64,000 nucleotides of DNA from an uncultured Gammaproteobacteria bacterium (GCA_964637955.1 CAZWXQ010000001.1:292849-356848), one strand, 5' to 3'. Counted from the first letter of the stretch, positions 47,994 through 59,020 are shown. Numbers and translations are program-made. Notes: a model not told the origin generated them from the sequence alone.

Positions 47994-49713
47994 ATTTATA
48001 GATATAAGTATTATTGTATTTCTTAACTAATTTTAATTTTGAATTACTATTTAACTTTTCAATTATCTTTCCACCCTTATCAATTTTTTTATTATTAATA
48101 ATGAAGCCATCATTATGGAGCATATCGTATTGATCTTTATGAACAATAATATAGTCCAATCCTAATGATCTTAATTGAGTAATTGTTTTATCCGATGGAA
48201 ATGTTTCATCAAGGTTGTAAGCTAATTTTTGCCAAGGTTCTGGAGTGAATCCTCCACCACCATTCATGGTTCTTCTATAATTTATCGTTGAATAATAAAG
48301 TCTCCATAGTTCAATTGTCGCATAATCAGTCATGTTCCAATTATATATAGGCATCTCAAGATAAATAGAGTCTTTTGGAGTCGTAGAGAGGAAGTGGTGT
48401 TCTGGAGGGAAATCTTTTACTGTTGGCATTGGGATTAGTTTCATGGGGAATCTTAGTTCTGCAACGCAACCTAAGATTAATAGCGCATAAATTATAAACT
48501 TTTTACTTTTATCCTGTCCTTCAAGTATTTTTGTAAATACTATGCTTATTACTATTGCAGCTCCAATCATGAAAAGCATTTCCCATCTTGCTGAGTTTCG
48601 AAAGCCCTGAAAACCTGGAATCAGATAGTAAAAAAGTGCATATGGCAAAGGAATTATGGAGGGATTATGAATTGTTTGACGACCCATATGCAAAACAGGT
48701 CCAAGGCTTAATATAAAGCCTAGAATTGAAATTGATAGAAATGAATTTAGATTTACATTTTTTTTCTTAAGATTTTTAAATGCATAGATAAAACTAAAAA
48801 TAACTAAGATTGAAAATACTGCCCCTAAAAATCCTGGCTTAAATTCATTATTTTGTGAAAACCTATTTATCGGTAAAGAGTTTAAAGTAGTATCGAGTTT
48901 TGAAAAATCAGAAGAATAAAGCATATCTTCTGGTTGGATAGCAAAATGAACAGTATCTTTTAAAGTTCTTACATAACCAAATTCCTTTGAGATTCGAAAA
49001 TAAGGAATCATAATTGGAATAATTGCCGACATGAAAAGTATAAAAATTAGAATATTCTTTTTTGAAACTGCTTTTAAAGTTTCTTTTTTATCAAACAGCC
49101 AGTTAAAGAAAAATATTATTAAATAAGAAATGAGAATAAAATAACCAGCGAGGAAATTGTTATACGTTTGAAGTACTAAAAACATAAAAGAAATTATGAG
49201 GTGTTTAGTTTTTTTACTCTTCATGAAATTGATGAAAAATAAAAGAGAAAGAGGAGTAAGTACTATAAAAAGCATCTGGAGGTGGGCATAGAAACTAAGA
49301 TATGCTGGGGAAAAAATTACTAAAATTCCAGCTAAGATTGATGCGAAGAAATCCTTTGTAATTCTGTAAGCCAATAAATAAAGTGAGAAGCCTGTTAAAA
49401 CTATTCCGGAAATTACGATAAAGTTATTTGTAATTATTGGCTCTTTAGTAATAAGATATGGAATCATAGAAAAAAGAGCGGTAATTATATTTGGATCAGA
49501 TGAAGCAGGTCCTATTTGATAGGGATAAAAAATATTTGTTGTAAAAATATTTTGGATATTACCAGTTAGTACTGATTGAATAATCCATGTATGAATCCAA
49601 GTGTAGATAAAATTATCTCCGTAACCCGTCGTTAGAGTAGTCAGATGAAATGCCCACGGAAAAGTAATAAAAATTCCAGAGATTAAAAATATTAAAAAAG
49701 CTAATAGTTTCAC
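47983..49713 (-). CDS. large polytopic membrane protein, GT-C-fold glycosyltransferase-like (ArnT/PMT/YfhO-like)
   Basis: 576 aa, more than 10 TM helices with C-terminal soluble domain; assignment by architecture only. Confidence 0.4.
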   Translation of the reverse strand: MKLLAFLIFLISGIFITFPWAFHLTTLTTGYGDNFIYTWIHTWIIQSVLTGNIQNIFTTNIFYPYQIGPASSDPNIITALFSMIPYLITKEPIITNNFIVISGIVLTGFSLYLLAYRITKDFFASILAGILVIFSPAYLSFYAHLQMLFIVLTPLSLLFFINFMKSKKTKHLIISFMFLVLQTYNNFLAGYFILISYLIIFFFNWLFDKKETLKAVSKKNILIFILFMSAIIPIMIPYFRISKEFGYVRTLKDTVHFAIQPEDMLYSSDFSKLDTTLNSLPINRFSQNNEFKPGFLGAVFSILVIFSFIYAFKNLKKKNVNLNSFLSISILGFILSLGPVLHMGRQTIHNPSIIPLPYALFYYLIPGFQGFRNSARWEMLFMIGAAIVISIVFTKILEGQDKSKKFIIYALLILGCVAELRFPMKLIPMPTVKDFPPEHHFLSTTPKDSIYLEMPIYNWNMTDYATIELWRLYYSTINYRRTMNGGGGFTPEPWQKLAYNLDETFPSDKTITQLRSLGLDYIIVHKDQYDMLHNDGFIINNKKIDKGGKIIEKLNSNSKLKLVKKYNNTYIYKFIF

Positions 49714-49757
49714 AAATTTTTCTCATTCTAGCATATGATGAGGGGTTTGCAATTGAT

Positions 49758-50852
49758 TTAGCTTGAGTATTTTTGATAAAGATCATTAATCATTCTTAAT
49801 TCATTGTAATTTCGTGTCTGATCTTTAAGAGTTACGTTTTCAAGCTGGTCTGTTACTGCTTGAGATTCTATGAAGTTATCGAGTACGCTTTTTTTCCATC
49901 CAGCTTCAATCTCTCCTATACTTAATCCAGAAATTTCTTCCATACTTTGAATAAAATTTTGTCGATTTACATTTCCGACCCATCTCTTGAAATTGTTAAC
50001 CCCAAATGTATCTATAAAGTACTTTATAAAAGATCCACCTTTTAAATAATCTGAATCATTTGGGGAGGTATCGTATCTGTCTAAAATATTATCTGTTTCG
50101 CTCGACAAGCTAAAGCAATTTGCTATTGAAAAATCAGTACGTCCTTTTTGGTTTATCATTTTTATTAGTTGGTCATCGCTTATCTTTTTCCATTCGCCCA
50201 TGAAGTCGGTGAATTTATCTCTTGCATGATTGATCATGTGGAGCCTTAAGTAGTCATGAGCATCTTTTCCTGACCCAAAATGATCAAAAAATGTAGCTAA
50301 GCCTTCATGTAGAAATGGAATGAAATAGGCTTCCTTGGAGAATAATGCAGGAGCAAGAATTCCATGTCCAATTGCCTCATGCAAACTTGTTGTATAGGCC
50401 GCAGGAGTCAATTCTGAATCAGGTTTTTTTCTAGTGGTTGTTTTACTGAAGCGAGCATGACTCCAGCTGCTCGAAGTAGGGCTTTCGCGGCCATACGTGT
50501 GTAAGCCATTAATTAATCCATTTCGGTCTCGTCTGGAAACTCGAACTACCTGGAAAGTGTCAGGCATTTCAATTTGGAATAAATCTTTAGCTATTTTTAA
50601 TCCTCCTTCAAGATAATATGCCATGTCTTCCGGACCTTGAAGCGTTGGAGTATCAAAATCCTCGTAGATTTTATTATCCTGAAAAATTACTATAAAGTGG
50701 GGTGACTGCGCATAATGAATATCTGGATGTTTTATGCGATCAAGATCTAATCCGTCAATAATTTTCTGTCTCTCTGGTATGTGGGTTGGTTTTACAGATA
50801 CTTCAGGTGAACCCTCGTAGGTTACATTTTTTTGTGCATCACCAGATTCCAT
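49758..50852 (-). CDS. hypothetical protein (364 aa)
   Basis: Clean ORF; HEAIGHG segment is not a canonical HExxH. Confidence 0.45.
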   Translation of the reverse strand: MESGDAQKNVTYEGSPEVSVKPTHIPERQKIIDGLDLDRIKHPDIHYAQSPHFIVIFQDNKIYEDFDTPTLQGPEDMAYYLEGGLKIAKDLFQIEMPDTFQVVRVSRRDRNGLINGLHTYGRESPTSSSWSHARFSKTTTRKKPDSELTPAAYTTSLHEAIGHGILAPALFSKEAYFIPFLHEGLATFFDHFGSGKDAHDYLRLHMINHARDKFTDFMGEWKKISDDQLIKMINQKGRTDFSIANCFSLSSETDNILDRYDTSPNDSDYLKGGSFIKYFIDTFGVNNFKRWVGNVNRQNFIQSMEEISGLSIGEIEAGWKKSVLDNFIESQAVTDQLENVTLKDQTRNYNELRMINDLYQKYSS

Positions 50853-50967
50853 TTAAATATTAAATCAAAATATGCTCTCAATAACAATTTAACTTTCAGA
50901 ACCTCATTCATCTTTAATATGTTTTGTGTTACGATTTAGATAGCACCTTTCAGGGTGTTTAATTACT

Positions 50968-52650
50968 ATGTTACTGCCCGATAGTCAGATTTTGGAGCTT
51001 CTAAAACAGTCTGGTTTGGTTGATCAGAAGACAATGCAGGATGTTGTGGTTTCTGCCGCTAATGCAAGAATTCCTCTACAAGAAGCTGTGATTGAAAAAA
51101 ATGTTATTACAGACGATAAACTTGGTCAGCTTATCGCAAACTTCATAAAGTATCCTTTTGTAGTTCTGGATAAAAGTCAGATTCCCGAGGAAGTGTTTCG
51201 AATAGTTCCTGAAAGAATCGCTAGAAAGCATAGGATTGTCGCTTTTGCCAAAGATGCTACTGGAGTAAAAATGGCAATGGCTGATCCTGTCCACATAAAA
51301 CTTGCTGATTCTATTTCTAAAAAAACCCAAAGAAAAGTAACTGTGTTTATGGCTACAGAGAGAAACATAGAGAACGTGCTCCAGCTTTATAGAAAAAATC
51401 TCCAAACAACTTTTGATGATCTTTTGCAGGAAGAAATTACTAGAACAAATACTACCATGGATGATGCCCCAATCATTAAGATTGTTGATCTACTTATCGC
51501 TTATGCATATCGCGAAAAGGCATCAGATATTCATATTGAGCCTGAAGAAAAAAATTCATTGGTTAGATTCCGAACAGATGGAATTTTACATGACGTGCTT
51601 TATGTAGATAAAAAATTGCACGATAGAATTATTACTAGAATTAAAGTTTTGTCGCGTCTTAGAACAGATGAGCACATGAGTGCTCAGGATGGAAAACTCC
51701 GAACTATAGTTGATGAAGACAGTTTGGATATTCGTGTTTCCATAATTCCAGTTACTGAAGGAGAGAAAGGGGTTCTTAGACTTTTATCATCGCAATTTAG
51801 GCAGTATTCTCTTCATGATCTTGGGATGAATGATAAAGATCTTATGAAAGTAAATAATGGAGTAAATAAATCTTATGGCATGATTCTTTCAACCGGTCCA
51901 ACTGGTTCTGGAAAGACAACTTCAATTTATTCGATTTTAAATATCCTAAATACTAGAGATAGGAATATTACGACCATTGAGGACCCCGTTGAGTACAGGA
52001 TGAAGGGCGTAAATCAGATTCAGGTAAATGAAAAAGCAAATCTTACTTTTGCGAATGGATTAAGGTCTGTTCTTCGTCAGGATCCCAATGTTATTTTTGT
52101 GGGTGAAATCAGAGATGGTGAAACAGCAGGGATTGCGGTAAATGCTGCGCTCACGGGCCATTTGGTGGTTTCGACAGTTCATACAAATGATGCAGCGACC
52201 ACGCTTCCTAGATTAGTGGACATGAAAGTAGAGCCATTTCTTGTGGCATCAACTATTAATGTAATTATCGCTCAAAGACTTGTGAGAAAAATTTGTGAGT
52301 CCTGCAAGATTCCAGTTGTTATAAAAAGATCTGAGTTAATTAAGGAAATTCCTGAAGTTACTATCGCGAAGCATTTTGGTCTTGGGGAGGATCTAAAAGG
52401 ATTTGAAGGCAAGGGTTGTAAGATTTGTCATGCTACTGGTTATTCTGGTCGTATTGGTATTTTTGAAATAATTTCTATGTCTGAAAAAATAAAATCCCTT
52501 ATCGCTCAAAAGAAAGACTCAAATGAAATAAAAAAAGAAGCAATAGCAGAAGGAATGACTACAATGCTTGAAGATGGAATGGATAAAGCAGCAAAAGGCT
52601 TAACAACGGTTAAGGAAGTGTTTAGAGCTACAAAAGCTGAAGCAACTTAA
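50968..52650 (+). CDS. pilB: type IV pilus assembly ATPase PilB (GspE family)
   Basis: N-terminal GSPII_E_N-like domain, Walker A GPTGSGKTT, Asp/His boxes, tetracysteine motif CESCK...CKICHATG. Confidence 0.92.
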   Translation: MLLPDSQILELLKQSGLVDQKTMQDVVVSAANARIPLQEAVIEKNVITDDKLGQLIANFIKYPFVVLDKSQIPEEVFRIVPERIARKHRIVAFAKDATGVKMAMADPVHIKLADSISKKTQRKVTVFMATERNIENVLQLYRKNLQTTFDDLLQEEITRTNTTMDDAPIIKIVDLLIAYAYREKASDIHIEPEEKNSLVRFRTDGILHDVLYVDKKLHDRIITRIKVLSRLRTDEHMSAQDGKLRTIVDEDSLDIRVSIIPVTEGEKGVLRLLSSQFRQYSLHDLGMNDKDLMKVNNGVNKSYGMILSTGPTGSGKTTSIYSILNILNTRDRNITTIEDPVEYRMKGVNQIQVNEKANLTFANGLRSVLRQDPNVIFVGEIRDGETAGIAVNAALTGHLVVSTVHTNDAATTLPRLVDMKVEPFLVASTINVIIAQRLVRKICESCKIPVVIKRSELIKEIPEVTIAKHFGLGEDLKGFEGKGCKICHATGYSGRIGIFEIISMSEKIKSLIAQKKDSNEIKKEAIAEGMTTMLEDGMDKAAKGLTTVKEVFRATKAEAT

Positions 52651-52653
52651 AAT

Positions 52654-53709
52654 ATGTTTAAGAGGTCAAAAATTACTTTAAAAAACTCAGAGAAATTAAA
52701 TTTACTTAGTAATTTATCTACAATGATTTCTTCTGGTATTCCTATTCTTGAAACAGTTGATTCTCTGCTCGAAGATTCAAAAGGCGGCACACAAAAAGTT
52801 CTCCAAATAATACGCGAAGATATGCTTCAAGGAAACCATCTTTACACTTCGTTTACAAAGTTTCCTGATATTTTCGATAAAGTTACAGTAAATGTAATAA
52901 GAGCTTCAGAGGAGGCTGGAACGCTTGATGTTACTTTGAAAGATATTAGAGATCAGCTCGAAAAAGAAATTGAATTCCAGGATAAGCTTAAGTCCGCGAT
53001 GATTTATCCTATTTTTATTGTAATTGTATTCTTTGGCGTTATGGTGATGATGCTCGTTGTAGTAATGCCTAAAATTTCGACAGTATTCTCAAGACTTAAA
53101 GTAGACCTACCTCTCCCAACTCGCATTATGATAGCAATGTCAGATATAGTTACGCAGTATACAATTCCTCTATTGGCTGGAACCTTGGTGTTGGTATTTT
53201 TCATGATAATTCTTTATCGAGCACAGAAAAAAAGAATATTAGGCATGGTTTATAAATTGCCATTGATTTCAACATTGGTTAAGGAAATTGATTTAGCACA
53301 TTTTTCGAGAAGTATGTTCTTGCTTTTATCTTCAGGAATTACTATTACAAACGCTCTTGAATTATCTCAGGAGGTTGTAATGAGAAAAGATATTGCCAAA
53401 GCGATTGCTCACGCAAAAGAAACTGTTCTTTCGGGAAAAAATTTATCTCAAGGATTTAGAGACGAAAAAAAGATTTTTTCTGGAATAATTATAAAACTAG
53501 TAGAAGCAGGTGAAAAAACAGGAACTTTAGACAAGTCTTTGGCTGATGTATCGAAGCAGATGGATTATAAAGTTAGCAACACGCTCACGACACTAACCGC
53601 AATGCTTGAGCCGGTAATGCTTGTTGCTGTAGGAATTTTAGTGGGTGGAATGATGCTAGCAATAATCGCTCCTATTTATGGATTAATTGGAAAAGTTGGA
53701 GCAAGGTAA
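52654..53709 (+). CDS. pilC: type IV pilus platform protein PilC (GspF family)
   Basis: 351 aa; duplicated GspF domains, 3 TM helices. Confidence 0.88.
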   Translation: MFKRSKITLKNSEKLNLLSNLSTMISSGIPILETVDSLLEDSKGGTQKVLQIIREDMLQGNHLYTSFTKFPDIFDKVTVNVIRASEEAGTLDVTLKDIRDQLEKEIEFQDKLKSAMIYPIFIVIVFFGVMVMMLVVVMPKISTVFSRLKVDLPLPTRIMIAMSDIVTQYTIPLLAGTLVLVFFMIILYRAQKKRILGMVYKLPLISTLVKEIDLAHFSRSMFLLLSSGITITNALELSQEVVMRKDIAKAIAHAKETVLSGKNLSQGFRDEKKIFSGIIIKLVEAGEKTGTLDKSLADVSKQMDYKVSNTLTTLTAMLEPVMLVAVGILVGGMMLAIIAPIYGLIGKVGAR

Positions 53710-53710
53710 A

Positions 53711-54289
53711 ATGGCAAATCAAAAAATTTGGTTAAAGAAAGATTCGAATAAAGGTTTTATACAGCACCAATTAAATAGGTATTGGTTTAGATCATTGAAT
53801 CAAAAAGCAAAATATGATGCTGGATTTACTTTAATAGAGCTTTTGGTGGTCATTACGATTAGTTCAATTTTGTTCGCGTTAATCGCTTTTAATTTGGCTG
53901 GAATCCAAGATAGAACTGCTCATCGTGCGGGTGTAAATACAATTATTTCTGATTTAAAGCTCCAACAAATAAAAGCAATGACTGGCTCAACTGAAGGTAG
54001 AAGTGCGAGCGATAATTATGGAATTTATTTTATGACAGATCGATACGTATTGTTTCATGGAAATTCCTATAGCGCATCAGAGCCAACAAATTTTACAATC
54101 GAACTGCCTGAAAACATTCGAATACAAAGCACGGCTTTCCCTGGAAATTCTGTATTGTTTTCGAAAGTAAGCGGAGAAGTTGCAGGTTTTACTTCTGGTA
54201 ATAACACAATAGTAATAAGAGAAACAAATTTAAATAGTGATAAGACTATAACTATTAATAGATATGGTGTAATTACATCTGTAAATTAA
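53711..54289 (+). CDS. prepilin-type N-terminal cleavage/methylation domain protein (minor pilin/pseudopilin)
   Basis: Class III signal ...AG|FTLIELLVVITISSIL with Glu+5; unusually long (about 38 aa) leader. Confidence 0.7.
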   Translation: MANQKIWLKKDSNKGFIQHQLNRYWFRSLNQKAKYDAGFTLIELLVVITISSILFALIAFNLAGIQDRTAHRAGVNTIISDLKLQQIKAMTGSTEGRSASDNYGIYFMTDRYVLFHGNSYSASEPTNFTIELPENIRIQSTAFPGNSVLFSKVSGEVAGFTSGNNTIVIRETNLNSDKTITINRYGVITSVN

Positions 54290-57271
54290 ATGAAAATATT
54301 TAATTTTTTAAAAAGCAAAAAGGGTAATTCTATAGTTGAGATTCTACTCGTGATAGGACTTGCAGCAATTCTTATTCCGGCAATATTAACTGGCATTGTT
54401 GCTACGAGAGAGGGGAGAGCTCAACATGATCAAAGGGTTGAGGCAGTTTCTATGTTAACAAATGCTCAAGAGGCTGTTAAAAGTATTGCTTTAAGGAATT
54501 GGGCGCTTGTTGCTACAAATGGAACTTTTCATCCCACGATTTCTGGAAACGCATGGATTCTTTCAAATGGATCCATAACCCAAAATGGATATACAACAAG
54601 TGTTGTAGTAAGTGATGTCTATAGAGACGGTACTGGTGCAGTTGTATCAAGTGGGGGCACTCTTGATCCAGCTACAAAACAAGTTACAACCACTATTTCC
54701 TGGACGACGCCGTTTAATTCTCAGGTATCAGCTATCTCATATTTTTCTCGTTATAAAAATCAAGTGTATACAGAAACAACTGCTGCGCAGTTTACTGCCG
54801 GTACGCTAATAAATACGCAGGTAACAAATGTTTCTGGTGGTGAAGTTAAATTAACTAATAATAATAAAGCTAAATGGTGTTCTCCTGCTTTTAATTCGGC
54901 TACGATTGATTTGCCTGATGGACCACCTGTAGCAGTTGCAGCTACCGCGAGTGCTACTTCTGTAAATACACCAAATGACGCTTACGTGGCAGTCTCTCCG
55001 CTTACTACAAATTCAATTAAGATGGTACATGTAAATGTAACTGCTAATACAGATCCGCCAACGACTTCTCAAAGAGGTAAATTTACATTAAATTCATCTG
55101 AATACAGTAATCCTTCATATGTTCCTTCTGGACTTGATCTAACTAATACTTTTAAAACCAATGATGTGAAGTATTATAAATCAGCTGGCGGCAACACTTA
55201 CGCTCTCATTGCAACAGATTTACCGACCAAAGAAGTTATTGCTGTTTGGGTTAACGACGGAGATTCCAGTAACGATAATAATACATCTGGAGAATTCCAA
55301 GATCCCGTAAATAAAATTTATAAGTATAAAACATTCTTTAATACAAGAATATTTAACTCAGCAGCAGGTTTGGATACCGGTTTTATTAATCCATCTGGTA
55401 ATTCTTCCGAAACTTCAAGCGCAGGAGATAATAATGGGTTTCAGTCAAATCCTACAAGAGCTTATTCAGATAATAATTCATTTGCAGTGGATACAGATAG
55501 TGGTAGTGGTACAGGAACTAGTTGTACAGGAGCTGATAAGGATAAGCATCGTTTTTATAATTACAGCCTACCACTTGCATCTGGTGTAACTATAAATGGA
55601 ATTGAATTACGCCTAGATGCAAGAGTTGATAGCGTGACAGGTTCACCTTTTGAATGTGTACAGCTTTCATGGGATGGAGGTACTTCCTGGACAACTGCAA
55701 AGAGTACATCAAATCTTACTACTGGTGAAGTTACATATACTTTGGGTGGTTCTGCTGATACATGGGGACGTACTTGGACTACGTCAAATCTGTCTAATTC
55801 TAATTTTCGTGTTCGTGTAGTTAATGTTGCAAGTAATACATCTCGTGATTTTTCTCTGGACTATGTTGGAGTGAAAGTTTATTACAGCGGAGTTTCAGCT
55901 ACAAATGATCAGGCGCCGTTTGATTATGGAGCAAAATCTATAACAGTGCTTGGAGATAAAGGCTATGTAGCTTCTGGAGGATATTTATATACTTTTGATT
56001 TAAGTAATATTGACAGTAAATCCTCATCTGCAGAGCTTGATCAGGTCGGATGTAGAATTGAAATTCAGGGATATGATTGCAAGCCTGGAGCTTCAGCGAG
56101 TAGTTTAAAGTACGATATAGGAGAGACTGGAACTTCATGGAGCGATGTAGGATCACCTGCACATAATGACTGTTCTGATGGGGGAAATATTGAGTTAAAT
56201 GCCGACAATCATATCACAGGTGTACAGGTGGGAGGAAGTAATTATATATATGTTGCAGTTGGAGCTGGATATGATTCCGAGCTAAACATAGTAAATGCAA
56301 CAAACGTACCAGATTTAGCTTCAGCTCCGGCTATAAATAGTAATAGTTGCGGAAGATCAACTGGAGGTCATGCTGGGTGGAAATTGGTTGGTTCACTTGA
56401 TTTTAATTCTAGACCAGGCACAGAAGAAGCTGCGAATTCTGTATATGTCAAATCTGATGGGACGCGGGCATATATATCTTCAAATGGAGGAATTGATGCA
56501 AATAGTGATGGTACGCCAGACAGTAAACAGTTCTATGTAATTAACACTACAAATAAAACTTCTCCTGCATTCTTAGCAGGGGCCCCAGGATCTCCTACAT
56601 ATGGTCCAACGAGTGGGTTCTACTATGGAACTGGAGCTAATGCAGATTTATTTCCAAGACGCTCCCTTACGGTTCTTAACGGAGATAGGGTAGTTCTTGT
56701 GGGAAGTGATGGAAAAAGTAATGTTGATGATGCGCAGGAATATCAGGTATTAAATAGCGAGGTAGAAACAGCACCTGCATATTGTGCGGGACTTAATTTC
56801 GATCAAGGCTTTAACGACTTAACCTCAGTCACCGAAGCTGATACAGATAATTATGTTTACATGGTAGCGAACACCAACTTAAATGAGCTTAAGATTATTG
56901 AGGGGGGTCCTGATAATGCCCTTTATGTTGCCTCAGGTACATTTGAATCGCAAACTTTTGACGCATCTGCTGGGAATATGTTTAATAGATTTTTTGCGAC
57001 GAGCACAGTTCCGTCAAATACAACATTAACTTATCAGGTTGCAATTGCCGATGCTGTAAGTGGAAGTTGTAGTGGAGCATCTTATAACTACATCGGTCCT
57101 GATGGAACAAATAATTCATTTTTTTCATCGGCCTCAGAGTTGCCTAAAAATGACGATGGCTCTGGATTTGAGAACCCAGGTAGATGCATGAGATATAAAG
57201 TTTATATGTCATCAGTAGATCAACAGCAGACTCCAGTGCTTCAAGATTTTGGAGTAAATTATTCATACTAA
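54290..57271 (+). CDS. giant (993 aa) prepilin-like protein, putative pilus-associated adhesin
   Basis: N-terminus KKG|NSIVEILLVIGLAAIL (Gly-1, Glu+5, hydrophobic helix) followed by about 950 aa of Thr/Ser/Gly/Asn-rich beta-type sequence. Confidence 0.7.
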   Translation: MKIFNFLKSKKGNSIVEILLVIGLAAILIPAILTGIVATREGRAQHDQRVEAVSMLTNAQEAVKSIALRNWALVATNGTFHPTISGNAWILSNGSITQNGYTTSVVVSDVYRDGTGAVVSSGGTLDPATKQVTTTISWTTPFNSQVSAISYFSRYKNQVYTETTAAQFTAGTLINTQVTNVSGGEVKLTNNNKAKWCSPAFNSATIDLPDGPPVAVAATASATSVNTPNDAYVAVSPLTTNSIKMVHVNVTANTDPPTTSQRGKFTLNSSEYSNPSYVPSGLDLTNTFKTNDVKYYKSAGGNTYALIATDLPTKEVIAVWVNDGDSSNDNNTSGEFQDPVNKIYKYKTFFNTRIFNSAAGLDTGFINPSGNSSETSSAGDNNGFQSNPTRAYSDNNSFAVDTDSGSGTGTSCTGADKDKHRFYNYSLPLASGVTINGIELRLDARVDSVTGSPFECVQLSWDGGTSWTTAKSTSNLTTGEVTYTLGGSADTWGRTWTTSNLSNSNFRVRVVNVASNTSRDFSLDYVGVKVYYSGVSATNDQAPFDYGAKSITVLGDKGYVASGGYLYTFDLSNIDSKSSSAELDQVGCRIEIQGYDCKPGASASSLKYDIGETGTSWSDVGSPAHNDCSDGGNIELNADNHITGVQVGGSNYIYVAVGAGYDSELNIVNATNVPDLASAPAINSNSCGRSTGGHAGWKLVGSLDFNSRPGTEEAANSVYVKSDGTRAYISSNGGIDANSDGTPDSKQFYVINTTNKTSPAFLAGAPGSPTYGPTSGFYYGTGANADLFPRRSLTVLNGDRVVLVGSDGKSNVDDAQEYQVLNSEVETAPAYCAGLNFDQGFNDLTSVTEADTDNYVYMVANTNLNELKIIEGGPDNALYVASGTFESQTFDASAGNMFNRFFATSTVPSNTTLTYQVAIADAVSGSCSGASYNYIGPDGTNNSFFSSASELPKNDDGSGFENPGRCMRYKVYMSSVDQQQTPVLQDFGVNYSY

Positions 57272-57279
57272 GATTTTTT

Positions 57280-57801
57280 ATGAAAATTAATTTTTTGACA
57301 CATATAAGAATTAGAAGAAAATCGTCGGGTTTTACATTAATTGAGCTTCTTATTTATATGGGATTATTTTCAATATTAACTACGATTACTCTTCAATTAT
57401 TTGCGACAATTTTTGATGCTGAGACTGAGGCGGAAGCAGTTTCCTCGATAACAAGTGACAGTAAATTTATTATGAATAGATTTACATATGATCTTAATCG
57501 GTCTTCAAGTGTTACGACGCCTGTTAGCTTAGGGACTCAAAGTGCCACACTAACTATGGTTATAAATTCACAAAATCTAAGATATAGTCTAGACAGTGGA
57601 AATCTTAAATTAGATAACCTCACAACTGGCACTTCTGATAATTTAAATACAAATGAGACTACGGTTTCAAACTTATCTTTCATAAGACTTGATGGGGGAG
57701 GAAATGATGCTGTTCAAATTACATTTACTCTTACGTCAGTCGCAACAGATACTTCAGGTAAGCAAATTAAAACGTATACCACATCAGGAGGAATTAGATA
57801 A
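57280..57801 (+). CDS. minor pilin (prepilin N-terminal domain)
   Basis: SSG|FTLIELLIYMGLFSIL. Confidence 0.7.
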   Translation: MKINFLTHIRIRRKSSGFTLIELLIYMGLFSILTTITLQLFATIFDAETEAEAVSSITSDSKFIMNRFTYDLNRSSSVTTPVSLGTQSATLTMVINSQNLRYSLDSGNLKLDNLTTGTSDNLNTNETTVSNLSFIRLDGGGNDAVQITFTLTSVATDTSGKQIKTYTTSGGIR

Positions 57802-58172
57802 TGCAAAAAGAAAGTCAAAAAGGTCAATCGTTAATAACGATTTTATTTTTTGTGGTAATTTCAATTACTATTATTACTGCAATATCATCTATTATTTTAA
57901 ATAGCACTTCGACTGGTTCTAGCATTGAGCAAGGTAGTATTGCATATTATAGTGCTGAGTCAGGAGCCCAAAATGCAATATTAAGACTACTTAGGGATCC
58001 AAATTATACAGGGGAAACCATGAGTCTTAATGATGGTACTGTGACAATAGTTGTTAGCGGAGGTGTAATCACGTCAACTGCTCATGTGGCAAATTCCATT
58101 AGGAAAATAGAAGTCCAAACAGGATACAATAATAATATTCTTACAATTTCATCATGGAAAGAGATAAATTAA
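57801..58172 (+). CDS. pilin-like/pseudopilin-like membrane-anchored protein (degenerate prepilin motif)
   Basis: KG|QSLITILFFVVISITII, Thr instead of Glu at +5; 123 aa. Confidence 0.4.
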   Translation: MQKESQKGQSLITILFFVVISITIITAISSIILNSTSTGSSIEQGSIAYYSAESGAQNAILRLLRDPNYTGETMSLNDGTVTIVVSGGVITSTAHVANSIRKIEVQTGYNNNILTISSWKEIN

Positions 58173-58990
58173 AAAAAGAAATTTCTAAAAAACCAAGCGG
58201 AATTTTCTTCGTAGATGGAGCTAGGGCATTTTACTTTGAGCAAAGTTTAAGTGCTCCAATTCCGCTTGAGATTACACTAGATATTTTTAATGATCTAGAG
58301 CTAATTAATAGGAAAAAGCTGGAAACATTAATTAAAAATTTTATAATTTCCCAAAAGCTTGGGCCTAAGAATATAATCCTTCTTCTATCAGCACAGTTAA
58401 CTTTTGACAAGGATTTTCCTCGTGGATCAATTGAGGTTGAGAAAAATATAGAAGAATTTCTAGAGCTTGTTCCTTTCGAGCAAGTAATTAGCAAAAAAGC
58501 TTTATTTGCAGGGAGAACTAAAGTAATCGCTGCGAATAAGGAATTTTGTGACGCAATAAAAGCTACGTTTATAAATTCAGGTTTTATAGTAAGTGGGATT
58601 TATCCGCTGTCTCTTTGTCTTGAGCTTGCTCCAGAACTTCAATCAAGTATGGATTTAAATTTGGTCATTAATAAGGTTCCTGACTTAAAAGATTTTAATC
58701 TTATGCCAACGCCTGAAATGGCAATAAATTCTCCAGATAAAGAAAAGCCTGACAAAATTAGACTTTACTTAATGATTGGGTTAATGTTAATTCTTGGTAT
58801 AGTTATGGTATTTCTTTTATACAGAAATATTTTGGCCCCCGAAAAATCCAAGAAATCAAATATTCTTCCGACAGTAATGCCAGTAGTTGAAAAAATTGAA
58901 AAAGAAATTCCTGCGACATCATCAGCGGATTTTGAATCTTCAGAATCTGCAGAGCTTTCTGTTACAAAAATTCCAACACAAATTCGCTAA
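58154..58990 (+). CDS. pilus assembly protein, PilM/PilN-like (bitopic)
   Basis: About 190-aa cytoplasmic domain, single TM (LYLMIGLMLILGIVMVFLLY), short acidic extracytoplasmic tail; assignment by position/topology. Confidence 0.3.
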   Translation: MERDKLKKEISKKPSGIFFVDGARAFYFEQSLSAPIPLEITLDIFNDLELINRKKLETLIKNFIISQKLGPKNIILLLSAQLTFDKDFPRGSIEVEKNIEEFLELVPFEQVISKKALFAGRTKVIAANKEFCDAIKATFINSGFIVSGIYPLSLCLELAPELQSSMDLNLVINKVPDLKDFNLMPTPEMAINSPDKEKPDKIRLYLMIGLMLILGIVMVFLLYRNILAPEKSKKSNILPTVMPVVEKIEKEIPATSSADFESSESAELSVTKIPTQIR

Positions 58991-59020
58991 ATTGCTCCAA
59001 TTTAGCTTCAAAATTACCCC

